Shown here: in pieces, positions 17,880-26,756 of the stretch
How positions within the stretch are numbered: position 1 is the first letter of the stretch
How the letters are laid out: each line of letters starts with the position of its first letter
Assembly (NCBI GenBank): GCA_963789885.1
Contig: CAWBNB010000049.1
Span: 65,304 to 129,303 of the forward strand
Length of the DNA stretch: 64,000 nt
Direction: 5' to 3'
Source of the DNA: an uncultured beta proteobacterium
GTDB taxonomy: Bacteria; Pseudomonadota; Gammaproteobacteria; Burkholderiales; SG8-39
Notes under the pieces: generated by a model
The model's input: only the letters and a program-made list of their open reading frames with translations
Databases searched by the model: none
Told to the model about the DNA's origin: nothing
Translations under genes and position numbers: made by a program

Positions 17880-18785
17880 ATGGATCTGAGGCAGCTCGAA
17901 TACTTCGTGCACGTCGCCGACGCCGGCAGCTTCTCCAGGGCCGCACAGCTGCTCGCGGTCGCGCAACCCGCTCTCTCGCGGCAGATCCGCAGCCTGGAGG
18001 TGGAGTTGCGGCAGACGCTGTTCCTGCGCAACGGACGCGGCGTCACGCTCACAACCCCCGGCGGCCGCCTGCTCGCGCACGCGCGGGGGATCCTCCAGCA
18101 GGTGCAGAGCGCCAGGGCCGACCTGGACGAATCGCGCACCGCGCCGGTCGGGCGCGTTGCGGTGGGGCTGCCGCCGACGGTCGGGCGCCTGCTTTCCGGT
18201 CCGCTCGTCGCCGAGTTCCGCAGCCGCTTCCCGCGCGCCGACATCAGCATCGTCGAGGGACTCACCGTGCACATCCTGGAGTGGCTCGCGCACGGGCGCG
18301 TCGACGTCGGCGTCGTCTACAACCCCCCGTCGTCCCCGAACGTCGAGCTCGTGCCCCTCGCCGAGCAGCCGCTCTGCCTGATCGGACCCGCGCCCTCGGG
18401 AGGAGGCGCCGGCGGCGGTACGACCGTGACGCTGAGGAGCCTGCCCGAGTTCCCGCTCATCATTCCGAGCCGTCCGCACACCGTGCGCATGCTGGTCGAC
18501 TCCCGCCTCGCCGCGCTCGGGCTGAAGCCGCAGATCGCGCTCGAGGTCGACGGCGTCCGCGCGATCGTGGATCTGGTTCAACGCGGACACGGGTTCGCGG
18601 TGCTGGCGCGCAACGCGCTGCTCGAAGCAGGCGACGGGGCGAAGCTCGTCGCACGCCCGATCGTGCGCCCGGCGCTGCGCAGCGTGATGGCCGTCGCCAC
18701 TTCCGCCCAGCGCCCGCTGACGCGGATGGCGCAGGAGGCCGTCAGCCTCCTTCAGCGGCTGGGGCCGCCCGTGCTCAGCCGCTGA
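17880..18785 (+). CDS. LysR-family transcriptional regulator, divergent from the lig operon
   Basis: Track ORF 17868..18785. It reads MDLRQLEYFVHVADAGSFSRAAQLLAVAQPALSRQIRSLE. Confidence 0.85.
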   Translation: MDLRQLEYFVHVADAGSFSRAAQLLAVAQPALSRQIRSLEVELRQTLFLRNGRGVTLTTPGGRLLAHARGILQQVQSARADLDESRTAPVGRVAVGLPPTVGRLLSGPLVAEFRSRFPRADISIVEGLTVHILEWLAHGRVDVGVVYNPPSSPNVELVPLAEQPLCLIGPAPSGGGAGGGTTVTLRSLPEFPLIIPSRPHTVRMLVDSRLAALGLKPQIALEVDGVRAIVDLVQRGHGFAVLARNALLEAGDGAKLVARPIVRPALRSVMAVATSAQRPLTRMAQEAVSLLQRLGPPVLSR

Positions 18786-18897
18786 AGGAGCGACGTCGGA
18801 TATCCTGCCGATCGATTTCGACCGGACCGCCGCTCCCGATCGTGAGTCGCTTGAGGGTGCCCGAGCTGCGCGCACGCCACCGCCGCCATTTGCTGAC

Positions 18898-19845
18898 ATG
18901 AAGATCGCGGTCTTCACGAAGAACCGCACCAACCCTGCGTACGCCGCTGCGCGGCTTGGCGCGGACCGTGCGGCCGAGCGCCTGGGCGCGCAGACGCTGC
19001 ACTTCGTGCCGGTAAGAGGCGACGACCCGGACGAGCAGGGCGAGCTGATCGATCGGGCGCTCGCCATGCCCGCGGACGCGTTCGTGGTCGCGCCGGTGCA
19101 CCCGACGCGCGTGAACGCGGCCATCGCACGGATCAATGCTGCGGGGATTCCGCTGTTCGCGTTCGTCAACCCGATTCCGGCCGATCACTGCGTGTCATAC
19201 GTGGGGGCGGACGACTACGCGCTGGGAGTCGAGATCGCGCAGTACCTGCTCGCTCACCTCCAGGGGTGCGGACGGGTGCTCGTGGTGTCGGGGCCGGTTG
19301 AGTCCGTCAGCAGCATCGCGCGCGTGCGCGCCTTCCGCGACGCCGCTGCGGCGCATCCCGCGATCGCGATGATCGGCACCTGCGTGGGCGACTACGTGCG
19401 CGAAACGGCGCGCGACGTCGTCGCGCAATGGCTAGCGGCCAACGATGGCTTCGAAGCCTGCCTCGCGGCCAACGACGTCATGGCCCTCGGGGCTGTCGAC
19501 GCGCTGGGTGCCGCGGGACGCAAGGCGGCGGTGGCGGGCGTCAACGCCATTCCGGAAGCCATCGCGGCGATCAAGCAAGGCGAGATGCTTGCGACGGTGG
19601 ACTTCAGCGCGATGCACATGGCGGCGTTGGCAACCGAGTGCGCCGTGCGGCATCTTCGGGGCGAACCGGTGCCGGCCGAGATCCTGCTTCCGGCGCAGAT
19701 CGTCGACCGGGCCAACTGTCATCGGTGGGATCTGCCGTTCGAGCAACGTCCCATTGCGACCCTGGAGGAGACCCTGAGAACGCGAGCGATCGCAGCGGAG
19801 GGAGCCGGCGCACGCGGCGCGATCGGCCAGACCGGAGGGGCATAG
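18898..19845 (+). CDS. Type-1 periplasmic-binding-protein-fold (sugar-binding / LacI-core-like) protein lacking both a signal peptide and an HTH
   Basis: Track ORF of 315 aa. It reads MKIAVFTKNRTNPAYAAARLGADRAAERLG...VGADDYALGVEIAQYL...ANDVMALGAVDAL. There is no N-terminal hydrophobic segment and no DNA-binding domain. Confidence 0.7.
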   Translation: MKIAVFTKNRTNPAYAAARLGADRAAERLGAQTLHFVPVRGDDPDEQGELIDRALAMPADAFVVAPVHPTRVNAAIARINAAGIPLFAFVNPIPADHCVSYVGADDYALGVEIAQYLLAHLQGCGRVLVVSGPVESVSSIARVRAFRDAAAAHPAIAMIGTCVGDYVRETARDVVAQWLAANDGFEACLAANDVMALGAVDALGAAGRKAAVAGVNAIPEAIAAIKQGEMLATVDFSAMHMAALATECAVRHLRGEPVPAEILLPAQIVDRANCHRWDLPFEQRPIATLEETLRTRAIAAEGAGARGAIGQTGGA

Positions 19846-19920
19846 CAGCTCTTCACAAGATGCCGTTCAAGTCTGACTGGTTCGGCCCGAGCGGCCCGAG
19901 AATGGCGCCTGCGGACGTCC

Positions 19921-20004
19921 CCGCAGGCCGAGATGCACGCTTACGAGGTTGGGCATGCGTTCGCGAACGACGCGCGCACCACCTACGTCAAGGATGCCGC
20001 CGAA
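19921..20004 (+). pseudogene. Remnant of the 3' end of a dienelactone hydrolase paralog
   Basis: The translation PQAEMHAYEVGHAFANDARTTYVKDAAE parallels the C-terminus of the 12608-13261 gene (PAAETHVYRAGHAFANDARATYVKDAAE). The two nucleotide stretches align by eye over about 80 nt. Nothing upstream resembles the rest of the gene. Confidence 0.55.
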
Positions 20005-20022
20005 CTCATCCCAAGGGAGGAA

Positions 20023-21009
20023 ATGATGTCGATCTCACGTCGTGACCTGCTGCTCGCCATCGGCGCGACCCCGCTGCTCGCGCTTGCCCCGCGTGCCGCG
20101 CGTGCCGCATATCCCGAGCGACCGATACGGCTGGTGGTGCCGTTCGCCCCGGGCGGGAACGCCGACCTCGTGGCGCGGCTCGTGGGCGAGCGCATGGGCG
20201 AAGCCCTCGGCCAGCCGGTGGTCGTCGACAACCGCGCCGGCGCCGGCGGCAGCATCGGCGCGGATCACGTCGCGCATGCCGCACCCGACGGCTACACGCT
20301 GCTCACCGGCTCGAACGGGCCGCTGACGGTGAGCCCGTTCGTGCAGGCGAAGCTCGGCTACGACCCGCTCAAGGACTTCGCGCCGATCGGGCTCACCAGC
20401 CTGGTGCCGCACGCGATCATCGTCAATGCGGCGGTTCCGGCGAGCACGCTGCAGGAGCTCATCGCGTTGTCGAAGCAGCAGCAGGTCGGCGTCGGAACGG
20501 CTGGCGTGGGCAGCGCGACCCACCTCACGCTGGCGCGGTTCAACGCGCAGAGCGGCGCGCAGCTCGTGCACGTGCCCTACAAGGGCGGCGGCGCGCTGCT
20601 GCCCGATCTCGTCGCCGGCAACATCCAGGGCGCGATGACCGAGTTCTCGTCCGCCCTGCCGCACCATCGCAGCGGGAAGGCCCGCTTCGTCGCCGTTGCG
20701 GCGGAGAAGCGCTCACCGCTCGCGCCCGAGGTGCCGACCATGGACGAGAGCGGCGTCAAGGGCTTCACCGCCGCGAGCTACATCGGCATCCTCGCCCCGG
20801 CCGGAACGCCGGCGGACGTCATCGCGGCGTTGCAGGCGGCGCTCGCGAAGGCGCTCGCGGCCCCTGCGGTGCTGGACAAGATGCGCGAGCTGGGGGTCCA
20901 GGCGGCGACGCCCGAACTGATGACGTCCGCCGGCTTCGACGCCTTCATCCGGCAGGACTACGAGCGCTCGCGCGAGGCCGCGCAGATCGCGGGGATACGG
21001 AAGGGATGA
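20023..21009 (+). CDS. Bug-family (TctC-like) substrate-binding protein
   Basis: Internal ATG after gggagg in track ORF 19933..21009. The signal is MMSISRRDLLLAIGATPLLALAPRAARA, followed by AYPERPIRLVVPFAPGGNADL. Confidence 0.85.
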   Translation: MMSISRRDLLLAIGATPLLALAPRAARAAYPERPIRLVVPFAPGGNADLVARLVGERMGEALGQPVVVDNRAGAGGSIGADHVAHAAPDGYTLLTGSNGPLTVSPFVQAKLGYDPLKDFAPIGLTSLVPHAIIVNAAVPASTLQELIALSKQQQVGVGTAGVGSATHLTLARFNAQSGAQLVHVPYKGGGALLPDLVAGNIQGAMTEFSSALPHHRSGKARFVAVAAEKRSPLAPEVPTMDESGVKGFTAASYIGILAPAGTPADVIAALQAALAKALAAPAVLDKMRELGVQAATPELMTSAGFDAFIRQDYERSREAAQIAGIRKG

Positions 21010-21083
21010 ATCCGACGCGGGCGAGGGACGCGAGGGCAGCGCTACAATCGACGCCTCCGCGGTTCGACCGCGCCGGAGCGCAC

Positions 21084-21839
21084 ATGGCCGAAGTCATCGC
21101 TTTCCCCGCTGGCGGATTTCGCTTCGTCGCGGGCCCGTTCCAGTACTCCGCCGGCGTCGCCGCCGAAGCCGGCTTCGAGATCGAGCGCGCGCGCTTCCGG
21201 CGGCCGGTGCCGATCGCGGAAGCCTTTCGCGCGATCGAGGCGTATCTCGCGGCGCGCGGCCGCCCGCTCACGGCGTTCTGCGCCTGCGAGCTCCGCTCGC
21301 CGGAGCCGTTCACCGACGAAGGCTTCAAGGCGTTCAACCGCGTGTACGTGGGCACGCTCGAGCGCTGGGGGCTGTTCAAGAACGAGGTGAACCCGGTTGC
21401 GCGCTCCAACGTCTGTCCGGAGCTCGACAAACCGCGGGAGCCGGGCTTCCACGCGTTCTCGTACACGGTGCCGGCGAGCGCCGGCGCGCCGCCGAGCTTC
21501 ATCACCGCGGGCAGCGGCGAAGCGAAGGAAGGCCCCGGCAGCTACCGCGAGCGCACCATCCGCTACGGCGACACCTCGCCTGCCGGGATGCGAGAGAAGG
21601 CGCGCTGGGTGCTCGGCGAGCAGGAGCGGCGGCTCGCGGAGCTCGGCGCGAGCTGGGCGGCGGCAACCGCAACGCAGGTCTACACGGTCCACGACATCCA
21701 CCCGTTCCTCGCCGAGGAGATCGTCGCGCGCGGGGCAATGCACGCCGGTCTGACGTGGCATTACGCGCGGCCGCCGGTGCAGGGGCTCGACTACGAGATG
21801 GACGTGCGCGGGGTCGCGCGGGAGATCGTGATGCCGTGA
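21084..21839 (+). CDS. Conserved hypothetical protein with a RidA/YjgF-like C-terminal half (possibly a CnbZ-like deaminase family; tentative)
   Basis: Track ORF 21006..21839. The likely start is MAEVIAFPAGGFRFVAGPFQYSAGV. The C-terminus TQVYTVHDIHPFL...YARPPVQGLDYEMDVRGVA resembles the RidA fold. An alternative ATGA-coupled start lies at 21006. Confidence 0.55.
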   Translation: MAEVIAFPAGGFRFVAGPFQYSAGVAAEAGFEIERARFRRPVPIAEAFRAIEAYLAARGRPLTAFCACELRSPEPFTDEGFKAFNRVYVGTLERWGLFKNEVNPVARSNVCPELDKPREPGFHAFSYTVPASAGAPPSFITAGSGEAKEGPGSYRERTIRYGDTSPAGMREKARWVLGEQERRLAELGASWAAATATQVYTVHDIHPFLAEEIVARGAMHAGLTWHYARPPVQGLDYEMDVRGVAREIVMP

Positions 21840-21895
21840 GCGGCGCGGTGGACCGGGCAGCAGCTTCGCGGACGACGTTTCAAGGAGTGAACGGA

Positions 21896-22747
21896 ATGGC
21901 AATCGAGAAGATCGGCGTCGTGGGCGCCGGCACCATGGGCAACGGCATCGCGCAGGCCTTCGCCGTCGCGGGGCACGCGGTAACGATGACCGACATCGGC
22001 CAGCAGCAGGTCGACCGGGGACTGAAGGCGATCGACGGCAGCCTCGAGCGGCTGGTGAAGAAGGAGAAGATGTCGGCCGGCGACAAGGCCGCCGTGCTCG
22101 CGCGCCTCAAGACGTCGACCGATGTCGCCGCGCTGAAGGACTGCGACCTTCTCGTCGAGGCGGCGACCGAGAATCTCGAGCTGAAGCTCAAGATCTTCGC
22201 CCAGCTCGACGCGCTGGCGAAGCCGGACGCGATCCTCGCGTCGAACACCTCGTCGATCTCGCTGACGCGGATCGCTGCGGCGACCAAGCGCCCCGACAAG
22301 GTGATCGGGATGCATTTCTTCAACCCGGTGCCGGTGATGCAGCTCGTCGAGCTGATCCGCGGGCTCGCGACCTCGGACGCGACCTACGCTGCGGTCGAGG
22401 CGATCACCAAGACGATCGGGAAGGCGCCGGTGAAGGTCCGGAACTCGCCCGGGTTCGTCGTCAACCGCCTGCTCTGCCCGATGATCAACGAGGCGATCTT
22501 CGCGCTCGGCGAAGGGCTCGCCACCGCGGCCGAGATCGACGAGGCGATGAAGCTCGGCTGCAACCACCCGATCGGCCCGCTCGCGCTCTGCGACCTCATC
22601 GGGCTCGACGTCGAGCTCGCGGTGCTCAACGTGCTGTACGAGGGCTTCAAGGACCCGAAATACCGTCCGGCGCCCCTCCTCGTCGAGATGGTCGAGGCCG
22701 GCTACCTCGGGCGCAAGACCGGGCGCGGGTTCTTCACCTACGGTTAG
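21896..22747 (+). CDS. 3-hydroxybutyryl-/3-hydroxyacyl-CoA dehydrogenase (NAD-binding)
   Basis: Internal ATG of track ORF 21755..22747. Motifs are MAIEKIGVVGAGTMGNGIAQ, ASNTSSISLT, GMHFFNPVPVMQLVE and GFVVNR. Confidence 0.85.
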   Translation: MAIEKIGVVGAGTMGNGIAQAFAVAGHAVTMTDIGQQQVDRGLKAIDGSLERLVKKEKMSAGDKAAVLARLKTSTDVAALKDCDLLVEAATENLELKLKIFAQLDALAKPDAILASNTSSISLTRIAAATKRPDKVIGMHFFNPVPVMQLVELIRGLATSDATYAAVEAITKTIGKAPVKVRNSPGFVVNRLLCPMINEAIFALGEGLATAAEIDEAMKLGCNHPIGPLALCDLIGLDVELAVLNVLYEGFKDPKYRPAPLLVEMVEAGYLGRKTGRGFFTYG

Positions 22748-22781
22748 CGCCCGCGGCCGGCGGAGCGGTTCCCGGCTTCGG

Positions 22782-22807
22782 GGACGAGGGGATGTGGCCC
22801 CTCGTCC
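22782..22807 (+). terminator. GC-rich hairpin after the dehydrogenase gene (no U-tract)
   Basis: ggacgagggg-atgtgg-cccctcgtcc forms a 10-bp stem about 35 nt after the stop. It shares the core ACGAGGGG/CCCCTCGT with the palindrome at 26631-26654. Confidence 0.4.
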
Positions 22808-22919
22808 GTACGCGCCCGACCCGACGGGCGTCGGTTACAATCGCCGCCTCGCGCGACCGCCGGGAAAACAACGGCGGCGCGCTCTTCTTGCCCGGGTTTC
22901 GCGCCCTGAGGAGGGTGAC

Positions 22920-24872
22920 ATGGCGGAGCGGCTCGACACTTTCCCGCGCCTGCTGCTGCATCACGCGGCGGTGCGGGGCAACCATCCGGCGATCCGCGAG
23001 AAGGACCTCGGCATCTGGCAGGCCTGGACCTGGGCGCAGGTCGCCGCCGAAGTCCGCGCGCTCGCCTGCGGCCTCGCCGCGCAGGGTTTCAAGCGCGGCA
23101 TGAGCCTTGCGATCGTCGGCGAGAACCGTCCGCGCCTCTACTGGGCGGTTGCCGCCGTGCAGTGCCTCGGCGGCATCCCGATCCCCCTCTACTCCGACGC
23201 CGCCGCGCAGGAGATGGTGTTCGTCTTCCAGAACGCCGAGATCGCGTTCGCGATCGTCGAGGACCAGGAGCAGGTCGACAAGCTGCTCGAGGTCAAGGCG
23301 CAGTGCCCGAAGCTCGCCTACATTTACTTCGACGACCCGCGCGGCCTGCGGAACTACGCCCAGCCCGGGCTCGCGAGCTACGAGAGCCTGCAGGCGGCCG
23401 GGCGCGAGTACGACGCGCGCCACCCCGATTTCTTCCTCGCCGAGGTCGAGAAGGGTAGCGGCAGCGACACCGCGGCGATGTTCTTCACCTCGGGCACGAC
23501 CGGCCACCCGAAGGGCGTGGTGCTCACCCACCAGAACCTCATCACCGCCGCCCGCATGGGCGCCGAGATGGAGGGCCTCACGCCCGACGAGGAGGTGCTC
23601 GCGTACATGCCGCCCGCCTGGATCGGCCAGAACATCTTCTCGTACGCGCAGCCCTACGTCGTCGGCTTCTGCGTCTCCTGCCCCGAGTCCGTCGAGACGG
23701 TGATGGCTGACATGCGCGAGATCGGGCCGACGTACTACTTCGCGGTGCCGCGCGTGCTGGAGGCGCTGCTCACGCAGGTGACGATCCGGATGGAGGACGC
23801 GAGCGCGCTCAAGCGCGGGATGTACCGCTACTTCATGGGACTCGCGCGGCGCGTCGGCGCGAAGATCCTCGACGCGAAGGAGCCGGTGGGCCTCGCCGAT
23901 CGCCTCCTGTACCGGATCGGCGATTTCCTCGTCTACGGTCCGTTGCGCAACGTGCTCGGCATGAGCCGCGTGAAGCTCGCGTACACCGCCGGCGAGGCCA
24001 TCGGGCCTGACCTCTTCGTGTTCTATCGCTCGATCGGCATCAACCTCAAGCAGCTTTACGGCTCGACCGAGACCTCGGTGTTCGTGTGCGTGCAGCCCAA
24101 CGGCCAGGTCAAGGCCGACACCGTCGGCCCGCCGGTCAAGGGCGTCGAGATCAAGGTGACCGACGCGGGCGAGATCCTCATCCGCTCGCCGGGGCTCTTC
24201 CAGAGCTACTACAAGAACCCCGAGGCCACCGCCGAAGCGAAGACGAACGACGGCTGGTTCCAGACCGGGGACGCCGGCTACTTCGACCAGGACGGCCATC
24301 TCAAGATCATCGATCGCGCGAAGGACGTCGGGAAGCTCGCGGACGGCACGCTGTTCGCGCCGAAGTACCTCGAGAACAAGCTGAAGTTCTTCCCGTACAT
24401 CAAGGAGGCGGTGGCGTTCGGCCACGCGCGCGAGATGGTGTGCGCGTTCGTCAACATCGACTTCGACGCGGTCGCGAACTGGGCGGAGCGGCGAAATCTC
24501 GCGTTCTCCGGCTATACCGACCTCGCCAGCCACGCGGCGGTGTACGACCTCGTGCGCGACTGCGTCGAGAAGGTGAACGCCGACCTCGCCGCCGATCCGA
24601 AGCTCGCCGGCTCGCAGATCCACCGCGTCCTGATCCTGCACAAGGAGCTCGACCCCGACGACGGCGAGATCACCCGCTCGCGCAAGGTGCGTCGGGGGTT
24701 CATCGCCGACAAGTACGGGGTGCTGATCGACGCGCTCTACGGCGGGAAGAAGGAGTGCTACGTCGAGACGCAGGTGAAGTTCGAGGACGGGCGCGTCGGC
24801 AAGATAGCCGCCAACCTGCGGATCGTCGACGCGAAGACCTTCCCGGTTGCGGCGGCCAAGAAGGCCGCCTGA
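22920..24872 (+). CDS. AMP-dependent synthetase/ligase (long-chain acyl-CoA ligase-like)
   Basis: Internal ATG after gaggaggg in track ORF 22794..24872. The AMP motifs are MFFTSGTTGHPKGVVLTH, YGSTETSV and GWFQTGDAGYFDQDGHLKIIDRAKD. Confidence 0.85.
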   Translation: MAERLDTFPRLLLHHAAVRGNHPAIREKDLGIWQAWTWAQVAAEVRALACGLAAQGFKRGMSLAIVGENRPRLYWAVAAVQCLGGIPIPLYSDAAAQEMVFVFQNAEIAFAIVEDQEQVDKLLEVKAQCPKLAYIYFDDPRGLRNYAQPGLASYESLQAAGREYDARHPDFFLAEVEKGSGSDTAAMFFTSGTTGHPKGVVLTHQNLITAARMGAEMEGLTPDEEVLAYMPPAWIGQNIFSYAQPYVVGFCVSCPESVETVMADMREIGPTYYFAVPRVLEALLTQVTIRMEDASALKRGMYRYFMGLARRVGAKILDAKEPVGLADRLLYRIGDFLVYGPLRNVLGMSRVKLAYTAGEAIGPDLFVFYRSIGINLKQLYGSTETSVFVCVQPNGQVKADTVGPPVKGVEIKVTDAGEILIRSPGLFQSYYKNPEATAEAKTNDGWFQTGDAGYFDQDGHLKIIDRAKDVGKLADGTLFAPKYLENKLKFFPYIKEAVAFGHAREMVCAFVNIDFDAVANWAERRNLAFSGYTDLASHAAVYDLVRDCVEKVNADLAADPKLAGSQIHRVLILHKELDPDDGEITRSRKVRRGFIADKYGVLIDALYGGKKECYVETQVKFEDGRVGKIAANLRIVDAKTFPVAAAKKAA

Positions 24873-24890
24873 AGCTCGCCCCCCCGGCCG

Positions 24891-25679
24891 ATGCAGCCGC
24901 AGCGCGAAATCGGCGGTCCGGTCCTCGTGGTCGAGAGCGTGGCGCTCTCGTTCGGCGGCGTGAAAGCGCTGCAGGACGTCTCGTTCGACGTCCGCGAGCA
25001 CGAGATCCGCGCGATCATCGGCCCGAACGGCGCCGGCAAAAGCTCGATGCTGAACGTGATCAACGGCGTCTACCATCCGCAGCAGGGCCGGATCACGTAC
25101 AAGGGCCAGACCCGCCCCGACATGGACAGCCACGAGGCGGCGAAGATGGGCATCGCCCGCACGTTCCAGAACATCGCCCTCTTCAAGGGCATGAGCGTGC
25201 TCGACAACATCATGACCGGGCGCAACCTGAAGATGCGCACGAACTTCCTGCAGCAGGCGGTCTGGTTCGGCCCGGCGAAGCGCGAGGAGATGGTGCATCG
25301 CCGCAAGGTGGAGGAGGTGATCGACTTCCTCGAGATCCAGCACATCCGCAAGACGCCGGTCGGGCGGCTGCCCTACGGACTGCAGAAGCGGGTCGAGCTC
25401 GCGCGGGCGCTTGCCGCCGAGCCGGAGCTGCTCCTGCTCGACGAGCCGATGGCCGGGATGAACATCGAGGAGAAGCAGGACATGTGCCGCTTCGTCCTCG
25501 ACGTCAACGAACAGTACGGCACGACCATCGTGCTCATCGAGCACGACATGGGGGTGGTGATGGACATCTCGGACCGGGTGGTGGTGCTCGACTACGGCCG
25601 CAAGATCGCCGACGGCACGCCCGACGTGGTGCGGGGCGACCAGCGGGTGATCGACGCCTACCTGGGCGTCGCGCACTAG
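24891..25679 (+). CDS. Liv-type ABC transporter ATP-binding protein (LivG-like)
   Basis: Track ORF of 262 aa. Motifs are GPNGAGKSSMLN, LPYGLQKRVELARAL, LLLLDEP and IEHDM. Confidence 0.85.
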   Translation: MQPQREIGGPVLVVESVALSFGGVKALQDVSFDVREHEIRAIIGPNGAGKSSMLNVINGVYHPQQGRITYKGQTRPDMDSHEAAKMGIARTFQNIALFKGMSVLDNIMTGRNLKMRTNFLQQAVWFGPAKREEMVHRRKVEEVIDFLEIQHIRKTPVGRLPYGLQKRVELARALAAEPELLLLDEPMAGMNIEEKQDMCRFVLDVNEQYGTTIVLIEHDMGVVMDISDRVVVLDYGRKIADGTPDVVRGDQRVIDAYLGVAH

Positions 25680-25685
25680 GGAATC

Positions 25686-26597
25686 GTGGAGGCGCCGGTG
25701 CAATTCGCGTTCTTCATCGAGGTGCTCGTCGGCGGCCTGCTCGCGGGGGTCATGTACTCGCTCGTCGCGCTCGGCTTCGTGCTCATCTACAAGGCCTCGG
25801 GCGTGTTCAACTTCGCGCAAGGGGCGATGGTGTTCTTCGCCGCGCTCACCTTCGTCAGCCTGCTCGAGCGCGGCGTCAACCTCTGGCTCGCGCTCGTCAT
25901 CACGCTCGCGGTGATGGTGGTGCTCGGCCTCGTGACCGAGAAGGTGGTGCTGCGGCCGCTCGTGAACCAGCCGCCGATCACGCTCTTCATGGCGACCATC
26001 GGCCTCACGTTCGTGCTCGAGGGGCTCTCGCAGCTCCTCTGGGGCTCGCAGCCGCACGGGCTCGAGCTCGGCGTCCCCGACGTCCCGATCGAGTGGCTCT
26101 CGCAGAAGGCGAACATCGCGATCAGCCAGTTCGATCTCTTCGCGTCGGCGGTGGCCGGGATCCTGGTCGCGGTGCTGGCGGTGTTCTTCCAGAAGACGCG
26201 CATCGGACGGGCGCTGCGCGCGGTGGCCGACGATCACCAGGCGGCGCTCGCGGTCGGCATCCCGCTCAAGCAGATCTGGGGAATCGTGTGGGCGGTGGCC
26301 GGGTTCGTGGCGCTCGTCGCGGGACTGATGTGGGGCGTCCGGAACGGCGTCCAGTACGCGCTCACGTTCGTCGCGCTCAAGGCGCTGCCGGTGCTGATCC
26401 TCGGCGGCTTCGAGTCGATCGCCGGGGCGATCGTCGGCGGGCTGATCATCGGCGCCACCGAGAAGCTCGCCGAGGTCTACCTCGGACCCTACGTCGGCGG
26501 CGGGATCGAGTCGTGGTTCGCGTACGTGATCGCGCTCGCGTTCCTGCTGGTTCGTCCGCAGGGCTTGTTCGGCGAGAAGATCATCGAGCGGGTGTAG
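25686..26597 (+). CDS. Liv-type ABC transporter permease (LivH-like)
   Basis: Track ORF of 303 aa with a GTG start. It is polytopic and contains VFNFAQGAMVFF. Confidence 0.85.
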   Translation: MEAPVQFAFFIEVLVGGLLAGVMYSLVALGFVLIYKASGVFNFAQGAMVFFAALTFVSLLERGVNLWLALVITLAVMVVLGLVTEKVVLRPLVNQPPITLFMATIGLTFVLEGLSQLLWGSQPHGLELGVPDVPIEWLSQKANIAISQFDLFASAVAGILVAVLAVFFQKTRIGRALRAVADDHQAALAVGIPLKQIWGIVWAVAGFVALVAGLMWGVRNGVQYALTFVALKALPVLILGGFESIAGAIVGGLIIGATEKLAEVYLGPYVGGGIESWFAYVIALAFLLVRPQGLFGEKIIERV

Positions 26598-26630
26598 CCG
26601 GACATGCCGGGCGAGCGCACGGGCGGGGAG

Positions 26631-26722
26631 CTACGAGGGGGCTCGCCCCCTCGTACCAGCGTGAGGGATCTACAAGGGAATCGGGTGGGAAGGGAAGGGT
26701 CCCACCCCTTCCCTCGTCCCCT
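26631..26722. repeat. Composite intergenic element: a 24-nt near-perfect palindrome, a G-tract run (G3N1-4)x5 and its C-rich complement
   Basis: tacgagggggctcgccccctcgta lies at 26631-26654. gggaatcgggtgggaagggaaggg lies at 26676-26699. It is followed by cccaccccttccctcgtcccc at 26701-26722. The element sits in an unusual 159-nt gap between two permease genes. Confidence 0.55.
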
Positions 26723-26756
26723 TGTTCGTACGAGATCCTTTCAGGGGTGCTCTTAG

